Shown: in pieces, positions 25,648-35,688 of the stretch
Layout: each line of letters begins with the position of its first letter
How positions within the stretch are numbered: position 1 is the first letter of the stretch
Virus record (IMG/VR): IMGVR_UViG_3300017970_000189
Source: an uncultured virus (IMG/VR IMGVR_UViG_3300017970_000189)
Lineage: Duplodnaviria > Heunggongvirae > Uroviricota > Caudoviricetes
Length of the DNA: 64,000 nucleotides
Direction: 5' to 3' (one strand)
Made by a program: the position numbers and the translations under genes
Notes under the pieces: model-generated
The model's database searches: none
Told to the model about the DNA's origin: nothing
Seen by the model: the letters and a program-made list of their open reading frames with translations, nothing else

Positions 25648-27649
25648 TCCACAAGAAGACCGGAATTCCGTCCAAGGGATGGCTCTGCCACTACCTCAAG
25701 CGCTACTACAATCAGCGGGTAACGTTCGAGATCGCGCCAGGATCGCGCTGGTGGAAGCTCTGCACCCAGGAAGCATTCAAGAAGGATCAGCCAATCTACC
25801 TGTCCGGAGTCTACGAAGGGCTGATGAAGCGGTCGGAAGGCTGGCCTGCTTTCGAGGCTCGTGGACCCTCGAAGCTTTACCTTAGATTCCGCAGCGTCAC
25901 CATCATCCAGGGAGACACGAAGGCAAGGCATCCGCTGGCCCGCTCTCATGAGAGCGGCCGGCGCCGAGACGTTGAGTTCGAGCTTTCCGAGATCCGTGGC
26001 CTGGGGCTGGCCGAAAGGCTCGCTTCCATGGTCCCGAAGCTCGGCCATAGCCCGGGGAGGCTTAATTGCTCAGAGGGGTCTTCAGAATGCGGTTTCCCCT
26101 CCACCAAAGAACCGGCTCTCCCTCCCCGGGGCTCGAATTCCATCGGAGGACAGACATGAATCGCCGGACGTTCCTGGCTCTCGTCTCGCTCTCCTATCCA
26201 GGAAAGCACCTCCAAGGAGGCTCCTTCCTAGGCAGCATCATCACTTACGTCGGAAAATCCATAGGCAATGTCGAAATCCTCGAGCAAGGACTGGTCTTCA
26301 AGGAAGAGCCCCATTGGCTGTACGTGCTCGATATCCAAGGAAAAATTAACTGCGTCCAGTATTGGCAACTGCGATGATCGATAATCTAGCCCAGGAAGAC
26401 TGTCCCAGGTGCCGGCGCACCCCCTCTCCCCATTATGGAGGCATTTGCCTCGAATGCGGTGGCATGATGTTCTTCTGGTGGCCCATCGATGCCATGGAAG
26501 AGCCCAGGGAAGAGGTCATCAAACGCCGCATCGAGCGCATCGACAATAATGACTTTGCCACTGACTGAAGACATGGGAAACGTGGATAGCGCAAAACGGC
26601 GCTGGATCGAAACGATGCGATGGGCTGCCGATATCGGAAGCGGACAGATGGACATCCTCTTCCGACTGGAATGGTGGATTTTTAATTAGCCTCATGCGCC
26701 ATGAGCGCAAGGAGATCAGGGGCCGTCACTCTCTGGAGGGGCGAACCCTGCCAAATATTAGGAGTGCCGAGGAGTCATTTGCAATATGGAAACCAAGCTT
26801 GTTCGGTGTGAAGAATACTGCGGCACGAGTTCCGCCCGATTTCTCATGAGTAGAATTCAGTTGACCCACAACATGCGATCCGGCGAGTGGCAGTCGCCGA
26901 AGTGGGTTTGTCAAGGATGCCGGAAACGTCTGCGCGGCCATTTCCGGTACGCAAAGGGGGGTCAATCGTGAAAACGCTGAAAGGATGCCGCCATAAACCA
27001 AAGTGCCGGCAAGGGACCGCGGCGGCGTTCCTGAAGCATCATCCGAGCAAAGAGCTTCCAAAAAAAGTCTATGAATATGGACGGCGCGTTCTGAAAACCG
27101 CCGTTGATGCATTCGAGGCATAGACTATGAGCAAAGCTCAGCGGGAACGCCGTAGGGAACGAAATTACAAGCGCCTGGTCAGGAAGGCCAACAAGGAACT
27201 CTTTTCCGACGGGCCCCGCTGGGAAGCAGGCGTCCGCCGACTTGGCCGACTTAAGCAAACCTGAAAATCGGGTGGAGGATTCATGATCAAAGAACCCGAG
27301 ACTAAGAAACGCCGGAAGGAACCCAAGGAAGAAACATGGCGCTGCCAGTTCTGCGAAAAGTTTTCCCGGTCGAAGCTCTGGATCAATGATCACTGCCCCC
27401 ATTGCTTCGCGAGGTATGACTTTATTCTCGCCCAGGAAGGCGATGACTAGTGGATCCGGAAAAGAAGCGTCCTTGCGGGAATTCCGACTGCGGAATATCC
27501 ACGTCGATCGACGACGTGACCCTCACCTTTGGAAGGGGAGATCTCGATTTCAATGGATATTGGGAAATTCCCTGTCCGATCTGCGCAGAAGACTTTCGGC
27601 GCGGGAACCCTGATCAGTCCGTCTGGCCTTAGTTTTTTACGGAGCCGAA

Positions 27650-28321
27650 ATGCTGCCTCTCACCCAGCGTGCCAATCAGATCCAGGCGCTTGCTAAGCAA
27701 GAAGCGCAACGTCTCAACTGCGAGTTCGTGGGAACCGAGCACCTACTGCTCGGAATCATCCAGGAAGGCGGTGGCGTGGCCGCGAAGGTGCTGAAGAACC
27801 TCAACATCGACCAGAAGCGCGTTCGGCAGGAGACCGAGAAGCTCATCACCCCCTCGACCTCCCCCACGGTGACGCTGGGACAGATGCCTTTCTCCCCGCG
27901 CGCCAAGCATGCGCTTGAACTGGCCGACGAAGCCGCCTGCCAGTTTGGGCATGAGATCATCGGCACCGAGCATCTATTCCTTGGGATTCTCATGGAAAAA
28001 GAGGGTATCGCCGCTCAGGTGCTGATCAACCTCGGCCTCAAGCTCGATGAGGTCCGCGACCTGGTGCTCGAAGTCCTGGGTGTCAATGCCGAGCCCTGGC
28101 CACCCTGCAACCGCACTCCCGTGAGAAACCATTTCATCTCCGCCTCATGCCAGGGCCAGAAATGCCGGATCTGCTCCCTTCCCGCTACCCACAAGGTCGG
28201 GGAGGAAATCCCCCATGACGATCCCATGCCTGCCAGGCACAATTTGACCGCTTACGTCTGCTGCGCCCATTTCATGGAAATCGTCGGGCCTGTCCACACC
28301 GGCCCCTGCCGGGGAGCATAG
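27650..28321 (+). CDS. Stand-alone ClpC-type N-terminal domain (two Clp-R repeats) with Cys/His-rich C-terminal tail; no AAA+ module
   Basis: GTEHLLLGIIQEGGGVAA and IGTEHLFLGILMEKEGIAAQVL repeats. Confidence 0.9.
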   Translation: MLPLTQRANQIQALAKQEAQRLNCEFVGTEHLLLGIIQEGGGVAAKVLKNLNIDQKRVRQETEKLITPSTSPTVTLGQMPFSPRAKHALELADEAACQFGHEIIGTEHLFLGILMEKEGIAAQVLINLGLKLDEVRDLVLEVLGVNAEPWPPCNRTPVRNHFISASCQGQKCRICSLPATHKVGEEIPHDDPMPARHNLTAYVCCAHFMEIVGPVHTGPCRGA

Positions 28322-28325
28322 CCTC

Positions 28326-29135
28326 TTGAAACAACGTCCCCTTCAATCCGGTTTGCTTCCCTACGGAAACTGCACGGTTCTGCCGCCGGATTCCGATCAA
28401 GTCATGTTCCGCTGCAACCTTGATCGAAAGGACTGGTATCTCGAGCGCGGTCTCGCCGTCCTCATCTCCGACAATCCTCCGGTTCTCCGCCTCACCTTCA
28501 AGCCCCGCGGCCCGGGTCATGCCGGAGACCCCTATTTCCTCCAGGAATTCAAGAATCGCTGCGTGGTCTGCGGCACGGACCGAAAATTATCCCATCACCA
28601 CATCCTCCCCAATTGCTACCGGAAATTCTTCCCGCGCACCAGCCAGGACCTGGGCCGCTGGATGTACGACGTCCTCCTCCTCTCGACCGACTGCCATCAC
28701 CGCTACGAACTCCGCGCCGAAGAGCTGAAGGAGGATATCTCCAGGGAGTATGGGATCCCCAGCGCCGGCTATTCCAGCCTCACTCTCGAACAGATCCGTG
28801 TCATGAAAGCCGCCGCCGCGCTCTATCGCCATGGGAATGAAATGCCGGCTCCCAAGAAGCAGGAATTCGCGAATATCGTCGCTAGATACCTTGGAAGATC
28901 CGCCGCCGACCATGAGGAGCTTCGCCGTATCTGGAAGACCATCCACTACTCGGCCAAGCACACCCCGGCGGGCCATATCATTGCCCAGAGAATCGCCGAC
29001 ATCGACGCCTTTGCTATCCGCTGGCGCCGCCATTTCCTGAAAACCATGAACCCTCAATTCCTTCCCGAGGGATGGAATCCGGAGCGGCGGATCTACTCGG
29101 AACCCGACCAAGTTTCTCTCATGGGAATAAAATGA
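28326..29135 (+). CDS. HNH-like zinc-binding protein resembling the EXD2 C-terminal domain
   Basis: YGNC...PD...C...KxWYL...NRCVVCG...HHILPNCYRKFFP...DVLLLSTDCH. Confidence 0.65.
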   Translation: MKQRPLQSGLLPYGNCTVLPPDSDQVMFRCNLDRKDWYLERGLAVLISDNPPVLRLTFKPRGPGHAGDPYFLQEFKNRCVVCGTDRKLSHHHILPNCYRKFFPRTSQDLGRWMYDVLLLSTDCHHRYELRAEELKEDISREYGIPSAGYSSLTLEQIRVMKAAAALYRHGNEMPAPKKQEFANIVARYLGRSAADHEELRRIWKTIHYSAKHTPAGHIIAQRIADIDAFAIRWRRHFLKTMNPQFLPEGWNPERRIYSEPDQVSLMGIK

Positions 29136-29659
29136 AAAAACTCCACCTGGGCTGCGGAGGCTCGACGATCGACGGCTGGGAAAATCACGATACCGATGTC
29201 GATATTCGGAAGCCCCTCCCTTATCCGGACAATTCGGTCGATTTCATCTTCACCGAACACGTCGTCGAGCACCTCTTCCAACGGGAAGCCTGGGATTTCT
29301 TCGAAGAATGCCACCGGATCCTGAAGCCCGGCGGCGTCGTCCGAACGACCGTCCCCAGCATCGTGAAGTTGCACCAAAAAATCACAGATAATTACATCAA
29401 ATTCATTCAAACCAACGGCTGGGGCGACGGATCGCGGAAATCCGGCATCCGCCATGTCGTCTTCAACCACGGCCACCAGAGCCTCTGGACAGAAGAGCTT
29501 CTCGCGGCCATGCTTTCGGAGATCGGATTCATTGCCTCTCCCGAGAACCTTCATATATCCTCCTTCTCCGAACTCCGGAATGTCGAACAGCATTGGCGGA
29601 GTGCCGGACTCGAGAATGCCGATGTAGAATCAATTGCAGTCGAAGGTATTAAAAAGTGA
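29132..29659 (+). CDS. Class I SAM-dependent methyltransferase (type 11-like)
   Basis: KLHLGCG motif I; EHVVEHL; ECHRILKPGG; start moved to ATG 29132 (ATGA overlap). Confidence 0.85.
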   Translation: MKKLHLGCGGSTIDGWENHDTDVDIRKPLPYPDNSVDFIFTEHVVEHLFQREAWDFFEECHRILKPGGVVRTTVPSIVKLHQKITDNYIKFIQTNGWGDGSRKSGIRHVVFNHGHQSLWTEELLAAMLSEIGFIASPENLHISSFSELRNVEQHWRSAGLENADVESIAVEGIKK

Positions 29660-30054
29660 GAGAACCCCGGGCTTTCAGCCTTGATCCCTACCAGGCCGAT
29701 TGGAAAGGCCTCGATCAGGTTCTGGCCGAGATTGCGGATACCAGTCCCGGCGTCCGGCTCGATCACACGCACAAAAATATCGAGGAATACGAAGCCTGGA
29801 GAGGCCTCCCCGAAAAGAGGATGCTGCCCGTCGAACGCTGGCTCTCCATCGTCCGAAACGACATTGCCCGCTCGCCCACGCCGGAATGGCGAGAGGTCAT
29901 CGCCGGACCTCACTATTACTGGGGCTTCGATGAGCTCGGCCGCATCATCATCGGAACCAACCATCAAGGCCGAATCGCCATCATGTTCGAGGAACCCTGG
30001 GCCGGCGAACCGGATTAGCAAAACATTTCCACCTCTCCAGCGTTAGATAGGGCT

Positions 30055-30228
30055 ATGGCAATTTTGAGACATCCGAAAACGTTCGGAGAACTGCGCGCCA
30101 ACCAGGATGGGTTTTTCCGCGCGAAGCGGAGCGGCCGAAAACTCCCGACCGTCTACTCGGACATCCTCGTCAATACCGAAGATCGCTCCTGGAAACGGTT
30201 TCGGAAGACCCGCTGGAAGGCAATTTGA
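30055..30228 (+). CDS. 57-aa basic hypothetical protein (not in the ORF track)
   Basis: MAILRHPKT...RAKRSGRKLP...RSWKRFRKTRWKAI; TGATG coupling to the next gene. Confidence 0.55.
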   Translation: MAILRHPKTFGELRANQDGFFRAKRSGRKLPTVYSDILVNTEDRSWKRFRKTRWKAI

Positions 30229-30908
30229 TGTATAAGGTCAAAATTAATAACGGAAAAGCGACCCGGACGAAGTGGGATACGGATGTCCGGGCCTATGTCA
30301 CCGAACCCATCGAAAGCCTGGTCCCCTACCTCGACTGCCCGATCGAGATCGCCGACACCACCTTCGGCCAGTTCTTCGCTTTCATCGGCAAGGATGCCGA
30401 GTTCTACAACAAAGCCTATCGCTCCGCAACCTACGGCTTCCCCGTGGAGCCTCTCGTCCAGGAAGCTGCTGAACCATTCCAGGCAGATCCGCGGGAATGG
30501 AGCCCCAGGGGCACCCATATTCCAAAACCCATTACCGACATCGATTTCCTTGAGATCTACTGGTCTGCCGACACGGATGACCAGGGAGTGATCGACGATT
30601 ATCCCTGCTTCCATGGCTGGGGAGACTGGTCTAGAGACGTGAACGATCCGCCGGACGAGCCGATCCGGAAGGGAGGAATCGCGATCGAGTTCACTCCGAC
30701 CAACCTTTATCAACACCTCCCGCTCAAGCTGAACGACGAATACATCATCATGAGCGAAGACATGAAGCCCATCTTCACGGGCCGGAAACTCTTCCGGGTC
30801 CACGATGTCATCCGCGCGCTCCTCTACGAGCTCACCTGGGCCGGCGACATCACGAATGGACGGAAGGCTCCCTTCGATGATTCAAGCGCATTCCAAGGCT
30901 TACAATAG
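30228..30908 (+). CDS. Hypothetical protein containing DPREWSPR motif
   Basis: Long ORF coupled to the upstream gene. Confidence 0.7.
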   Translation: MYKVKINNGKATRTKWDTDVRAYVTEPIESLVPYLDCPIEIADTTFGQFFAFIGKDAEFYNKAYRSATYGFPVEPLVQEAAEPFQADPREWSPRGTHIPKPITDIDFLEIYWSADTDDQGVIDDYPCFHGWGDWSRDVNDPPDEPIRKGGIAIEFTPTNLYQHLPLKLNDEYIIMSEDMKPIFTGRKLFRVHDVIRALLYELTWAGDITNGRKAPFDDSSAFQGLQ

Positions 30909-30945
30909 CCTTTCTCCCTGCTTCTCCTTGTGATATCTTCTTCTC

Positions 30946-32388
30946 ATGAACGTCTCCCAGGGCCGCCACGCCTTCTGGAGCGTTCCCCGGCGGCCCTTCC
31001 TCACAAACCGCCCCGTCCGCACCGTCCCCCTCAGCCTCGGCCGCCAGTTCGTCGGCTACCCCAATCCCTTCCTCGGCCAGGATCAGCCCAGCCCCGTGGC
31101 GCCCTCCCCGCTCCCGGCCAATCGCCTAGATGCCCTCACGATCCCGGAAATCCAAAACCGCATCCTGATCGCCGCTCCCATCCAGAGGATGCTCACCGCT
31201 CAGGCTACCGGGAAGCAATCCAACGTCAGTCTGACCGTCCCCCTGGATCTCCTCAACGCCGTTCTCCAGAATTCGCAGAAGACTCTTCCCACACTGACAT
31301 CCGATCAGATCACCGCCTTGACCGCGATCTCCCAAAACCCCACCCAGGATGAAATCTCAGATCTCGCCATCATCGACGCCTTCTTCGGCACCGATGCGCT
31401 CACTCCCGCTTTGTGCAAACTCCTCCAAAACCCGGGAGATTCTGCCAACTTCCTGGATCGGGCGGAAAATTCCAGAGGAGGGGCATATTATGGGAATTTC
31501 TGGTTAGACGTCACCCCCGCCGACATCATCGCGGGATGGCTCTTCTACTCCGGCACGATCTCGAGCGGCAGCCAATCCCACTATTGGGATGTCACCCAGT
31601 CGAACACCACTCCCGATGAGCGAAACGCCATCATGACCAACCCCTTCTTCTGCAGCCCCCCGGCCAGCTACCCAGACATCTTCTACTGGGGCCCGAAAGG
31701 AAACTACGGCGCTTGGTTCTCCCTTGATGCCACTCAAACCTGGGGCGCCCTCAAGATGCAAGTTCAAAACGCCATCACCATCATGGACGTGCTCGCCGGC
31801 TATCCTTTCCCTCCTCCGATCGACCAGTACCCGGGCACGTTCTGGTCGAAGGAAATGGCGGGGATCCAGCAGATCATGAATATCGGCGTCCTGGCCAATC
31901 CCCAGGCCGTCGACCTCTGGGTCACTCTCGCCACGGTCCAGGATTACAGTGCCATGGTCACCCAGATCGAAACCATTCTGAAGAAGAAAGCCAAGGAACA
32001 AAAACGAAAAGCCATTATGGATGGGATCGGGCTCGCCATCGCGAGCATCGTCGCGGCCTACGTCGCCCCCGCCATCATTGCTGCGGCCATCACCGTCATC
32101 AAGACGGCCGTCACGACGTACATGGAAATCGAGCAGCGCAAAGAGGCTGCTCAGAACCTGGAGGACACTTCGAAGCTATTCGCCAAGGACGCTCCCGCCT
32201 TCTCTCAGAAAGTCAGCGATGCGGCGAATACGCTCGATGCCGCAAGCGCCGCCGAACAAGCCTCTGCACCTCCCTCTCCCGCCATCCAGGCAGCCATCGA
32301 CGAAGTCCCCGGAGGCGGGATCAGTCCCCTCGTTCCAGTAGGCGGGATTGCCGCGGCAGGTCTCGCGGTCCTCTTTCTCTTCAAATGA
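30946..32388 (+). CDS. 480-aa membrane protein with FLGQ leader, internal hydrophobic segment and C-terminal TM anchor
   Basis: NPFLGQDQ; IMDGIGLAIASIVAAYVAPAIIAAAITVI; tail SPLVPVGGIAAAGLAVLFLFK. Confidence 0.8.
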   Translation: MNVSQGRHAFWSVPRRPFLTNRPVRTVPLSLGRQFVGYPNPFLGQDQPSPVAPSPLPANRLDALTIPEIQNRILIAAPIQRMLTAQATGKQSNVSLTVPLDLLNAVLQNSQKTLPTLTSDQITALTAISQNPTQDEISDLAIIDAFFGTDALTPALCKLLQNPGDSANFLDRAENSRGGAYYGNFWLDVTPADIIAGWLFYSGTISSGSQSHYWDVTQSNTTPDERNAIMTNPFFCSPPASYPDIFYWGPKGNYGAWFSLDATQTWGALKMQVQNAITIMDVLAGYPFPPPIDQYPGTFWSKEMAGIQQIMNIGVLANPQAVDLWVTLATVQDYSAMVTQIETILKKKAKEQKRKAIMDGIGLAIASIVAAYVAPAIIAAAITVIKTAVTTYMEIEQRKEAAQNLEDTSKLFAKDAPAFSQKVSDAANTLDAASAAEQASAPPSPAIQAAIDEVPGGGISPLVPVGGIAAAGLAVLFLFK

Positions 32389-32826
32389 CCCATACCGAGC
32401 TCATCAAGGACATCCAAGAACGTCCCGATCGCCACCGGCATCGGGACTTGAACGAGCTCACCATCTGCTGCATGGTGAACGGCTCCATCGATTCCCTGGC
32501 CTGGCAGGCTCACGAAGGCCTACAAGGCAGAAACGGCGGGAAAGGCTGCGACGTCTCCTCGGGTCCCTGCGCCTGCGGCGCCTGGCATTAAAATGCAGCG
32601 GAAACCGGCCTTCGCGCGAACCCTGGCCCGCAAGATTGCTCTCGATTACCACCTCTCCTACAAAACCCAGGTCGCCGTGGAGACCACCCTCAAGACGATG
32701 TTCATGCACGGCCTCAGCATGACCCAAGCCAAGAACGCCATCCATCACCTCTTCAAGAACCTCTTCTTCACTAGCAACCCTCCGATGCTCCCGGCCAAAA
32801 AATAATCCGGCATTGTTCAATTACAG

Positions 32827-32855
32827 TTGACTTCATCAAGTGAACTTCGTACACT
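32827..32855 (+). promoter_or_regulatory. sigma70-like promoter TTGACT-N17-TACACT
   Basis: Intergenic, upstream of 32895..33245; near-twin of 4910..4938. Confidence 0.7.
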
Positions 32856-32894
32856 CTATCCAGGCCGAGAGTTCCAAGACCCAAGGAGAAAAGC

Positions 32895-33245
32895 GTGGAA
32901 CCTAAAAGGAAGTGCCCAGTCTGCGGTGAAATGGTCGCCTCCGGAAAGGGCTTCGGCGGTCACATGTCCAAGCACAGCAAGAAACGAAAAGGAAGTGGCA
33001 GGAAAACTGCCAAAAAGGCGGCTTCGCTCCGCAGATTAGGCAGGGAATCGCGTGGCCAACGGATTGCACGGGCCTCCTCCAGTGCCGGAACCGACCTCCC
33101 CCAGGCTCCTGCACAGGAGGCCCTTGCTTCCGTCTCCGCTGCCCTCCGGAAAGCCGCCACCCAGAAACGCGCCCTCGCCCAGCAGATCCTCGCCCAGGCG
33201 CGCGAGCTCGAAGAAATGGCGATCCGCACGGAGAAACTGCTGTAG
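32895..33245 (+). CDS. C2H2 zinc-finger basic protein with C-terminal coiled coil
   Basis: CPVCG-x11-HMSKH; AAGGAG RBS before GTG. Confidence 0.6.
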   Translation: MEPKRKCPVCGEMVASGKGFGGHMSKHSKKRKGSGRKTAKKAASLRRLGRESRGQRIARASSSAGTDLPQAPAQEALASVSAALRKAATQKRALAQQILAQARELEEMAIRTEKLL

Positions 33246-33272
33246 AATCAAGCCATCCGGAGGGAGAAACGG

Positions 33273-33587
33273 ATGGCCAAAAGAAAGCTTGAGCACCATG
33301 GGATCACGGTTGGAAGGGTTCAGCCGCCGGAGTATCAAGTCTGGGCTCAGATGAAGCAGCGGTGCTTCAATAAAAAGCACCCCAAGTACAAGGATTATGG
33401 CGGGAGAGGGATCACGATGGATCCGCGGTGGAAGAAGTCCTTCACGGCCTTCCTGGCTGAAGTCGGCCCCCGGCCGGCCGACAACCTCTCCATCGAGCGG
33501 ATTGACAACGAGCAGGGCTATTTCCCTGAAAACGTCAAATGGGCGGATTCGTTCATCCAGAACAAGAACAAAAGGAACATGAAGTGA
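33273..33587 (+). CDS. HNH-type homing endonuclease-like protein
   Basis: WAQMKQRC...YGGRGI...W...F...SIERIDN...NVKWA. Confidence 0.8.
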   Translation: MAKRKLEHHGITVGRVQPPEYQVWAQMKQRCFNKKHPKYKDYGGRGITMDPRWKKSFTAFLAEVGPRPADNLSIERIDNEQGYFPENVKWADSFIQNKNKRNMK

Positions 33588-34084
33588 GAGATCCCAGGCG
33601 AATCGACCGGATCGTAAAAAAGGTCGCCAAGGCGTGGGGGAAATATCCGGACATGCGGCTCATCCAATTTCTCCTCCATATTGCCAAGCATCACGATCTG
33701 GACGAAGAGCACCAAAAGATCATGGACCCCTTTTACCTCGAAGACCGGCATCTGGAGGAAATCCTGGACGATCATATTCCAAAGCCGAAGACCAAGATCG
33801 ACCTCTCCAACCCTCTATTCCGGATGACTTACCTTACCTGCAATGGGAAACCTCGCGAAGCCGTCGACGCCTTCATCCGCGATATTAAGTCCATGACGGT
33901 ACGGGAGATCCTGAGGGTGGATGGGGTTCATCCCACATCGATTCCCACCGTCTACTCAGCCAAGCTGGATGGCTATCGGCTGATATTCCAAGTACAACAT
34001 CGAACCATCAAACTTCAGGATATCGCAAACGAAGGGATGATCCAGCGTTTCTCCAAGCAGAAGAAGGAAGAAAAGGCAGTCTAA
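33584..34084 (+). CDS. DUF1040/YihD-like N-terminal domain protein
   Basis: MRDPRRIDRI...W...PDMRLIQFL; GTG start overlaps the upstream stop. Confidence 0.5.
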   Translation: MRDPRRIDRIVKKVAKAWGKYPDMRLIQFLLHIAKHHDLDEEHQKIMDPFYLEDRHLEEILDDHIPKPKTKIDLSNPLFRMTYLTCNGKPREAVDAFIRDIKSMTVREILRVDGVHPTSIPTVYSAKLDGYRLIFQVQHRTIKLQDIANEGMIQRFSKQKKEEKAV

Positions 34085-34086
34085 AT

Positions 34087-34578
34087 ATGGTTTACCGCCT
34101 CGGCATCGACGTCGGCGGGGTCATCATCGACCGGAAACGGAACGACAAGGGAGATACCTCGCTCATGGGGCCGAAGTACAAGGAAGCCTATGCCGTGGAA
34201 GGAGCCTTGGATGCCATCCGGGACCTGAATGCCGGCCGCTTCAAGGACCTGGTCTACATCGTCTCCAAATGCGGCCAGAACGTCCAACGCAAGACCAGGG
34301 AATGGATGGCATACAACCGGTTCCACGAGATCACCGGAGTGCCCCTCGAGCGGGTCTTCTTCTGCTTCACCCGCGCGGAAAAAGCCCCGATTTGCGAACG
34401 ACTGGGCCTGACCCACTTCGTGGACGACCGCCTTGAGGTCCTCTCCTACCTGAAGAGTGTTCCGAACCAATACCTCTTTGGAGGAGACCCCAAGGAGGTG
34501 GAACGGTGGACCGCCCATAAGGCAGCCGTCACCGCGGTGGATACCTGGTCTCAACTCTCCGAAATCTTGAAGGGATAG
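34087..34578 (+). CDS. HAD-fold nucleotidase-like protein
   Basis: GIDVGGVI motif I variant; EKA..C...HFVDDR motif IV. Confidence 0.6.
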   Translation: MVYRLGIDVGGVIIDRKRNDKGDTSLMGPKYKEAYAVEGALDAIRDLNAGRFKDLVYIVSKCGQNVQRKTREWMAYNRFHEITGVPLERVFFCFTRAEKAPICERLGLTHFVDDRLEVLSYLKSVPNQYLFGGDPKEVERWTAHKAAVTAVDTWSQLSEILKG

Positions 34579-35688
34579 CCATGTATAAAATCGTGAACAC
34601 CGGGAAAAAGCAACCCAGGATAGACCCCAAGACCGTTGCGGAAGGACTCGGAGCCGAGATCGTTTCCCTGAAGGAGCTCTCGCCACGCTCCCGGGCGATC
34701 GTCTCTTCTTCGCCGCTCTCCCTTGCCGAGAGCCATCCTCTCCTCTGGAAAATCGAAAAATACGGCCAGGAAGCTTTTCTCGGGGATTTTGAGAAAGGCG
34801 ACGGGGTCCGGTTCACCCTGGAACATTACCCCACCTGTTACCGGAGAGGCCCCTGGAAGCTGACGATCGAGGTCGCTCACGGACCCGGTCACATCAAGTG
34901 GGGCTGCTTTGACGATCAGGACCAGCCGATACGCTGGTACCATGACGCAGATTGCGCCAAGGCCGAAGCCGAGGCGATCGCCCAGGCTCTCCAGAAGGAC
35001 CGGAAGGAAAATCCTTGACCGCCCTTGAGAAAATCGTCAAGGAAGCCCGGATCACCCGGCGACAAGCCCGCGACCTCCGGCGTTTGAGGGAATACTCGGC
35101 AGCCAGGGCTCAGCGGCGCTGCGCCGATACCTTTATGAAATGCGCTCGGATCGTGAAAGCATCGAAAGGATAGCCATGGACCCCATCGACAGTTGGTCCG
35201 ACCCCCTGTCCGGCGCGGCGAACGAGATTATCTCGGCCATCAGCGCCCTCAACATGGAGCCGGAGCCGCTCGAGGTCCCGAAAGGGGTCTTCCTTTCCGA
35301 ACGCGACAAATGGGTAGAACACGCGATGGCACACCTGCATGCCGCCCTCAAGCTCCTGAAACGGGCCGGTGTCGAGGGCCTTCACATCGGAGAATAACAT
35401 GAGCTACCTCCCTCCCCCACCCTTCGAAGTCCGCCTCAGGTTTCAGGCCGCAGCTTTCGTGAACAGACTCATCCAGATTATCTGGTCCATAACGGGGAAG
35501 CCCCTCGAAAAGCTTTCCCTCTGGCTCACCCCCAACGCCATCCACTGCCCGGTCTGCTGGCGCTACCAGAAGCCCACCAGGGATGGCGGACTCATCGTGA
35601 ACCACAAGAAGAACTGCGACTACGTTAGACTGATGAAAAACGAAAAAGCCTGGGCGGGATACCCGCCTGCTGTTTAGGAGAGAGCGCT

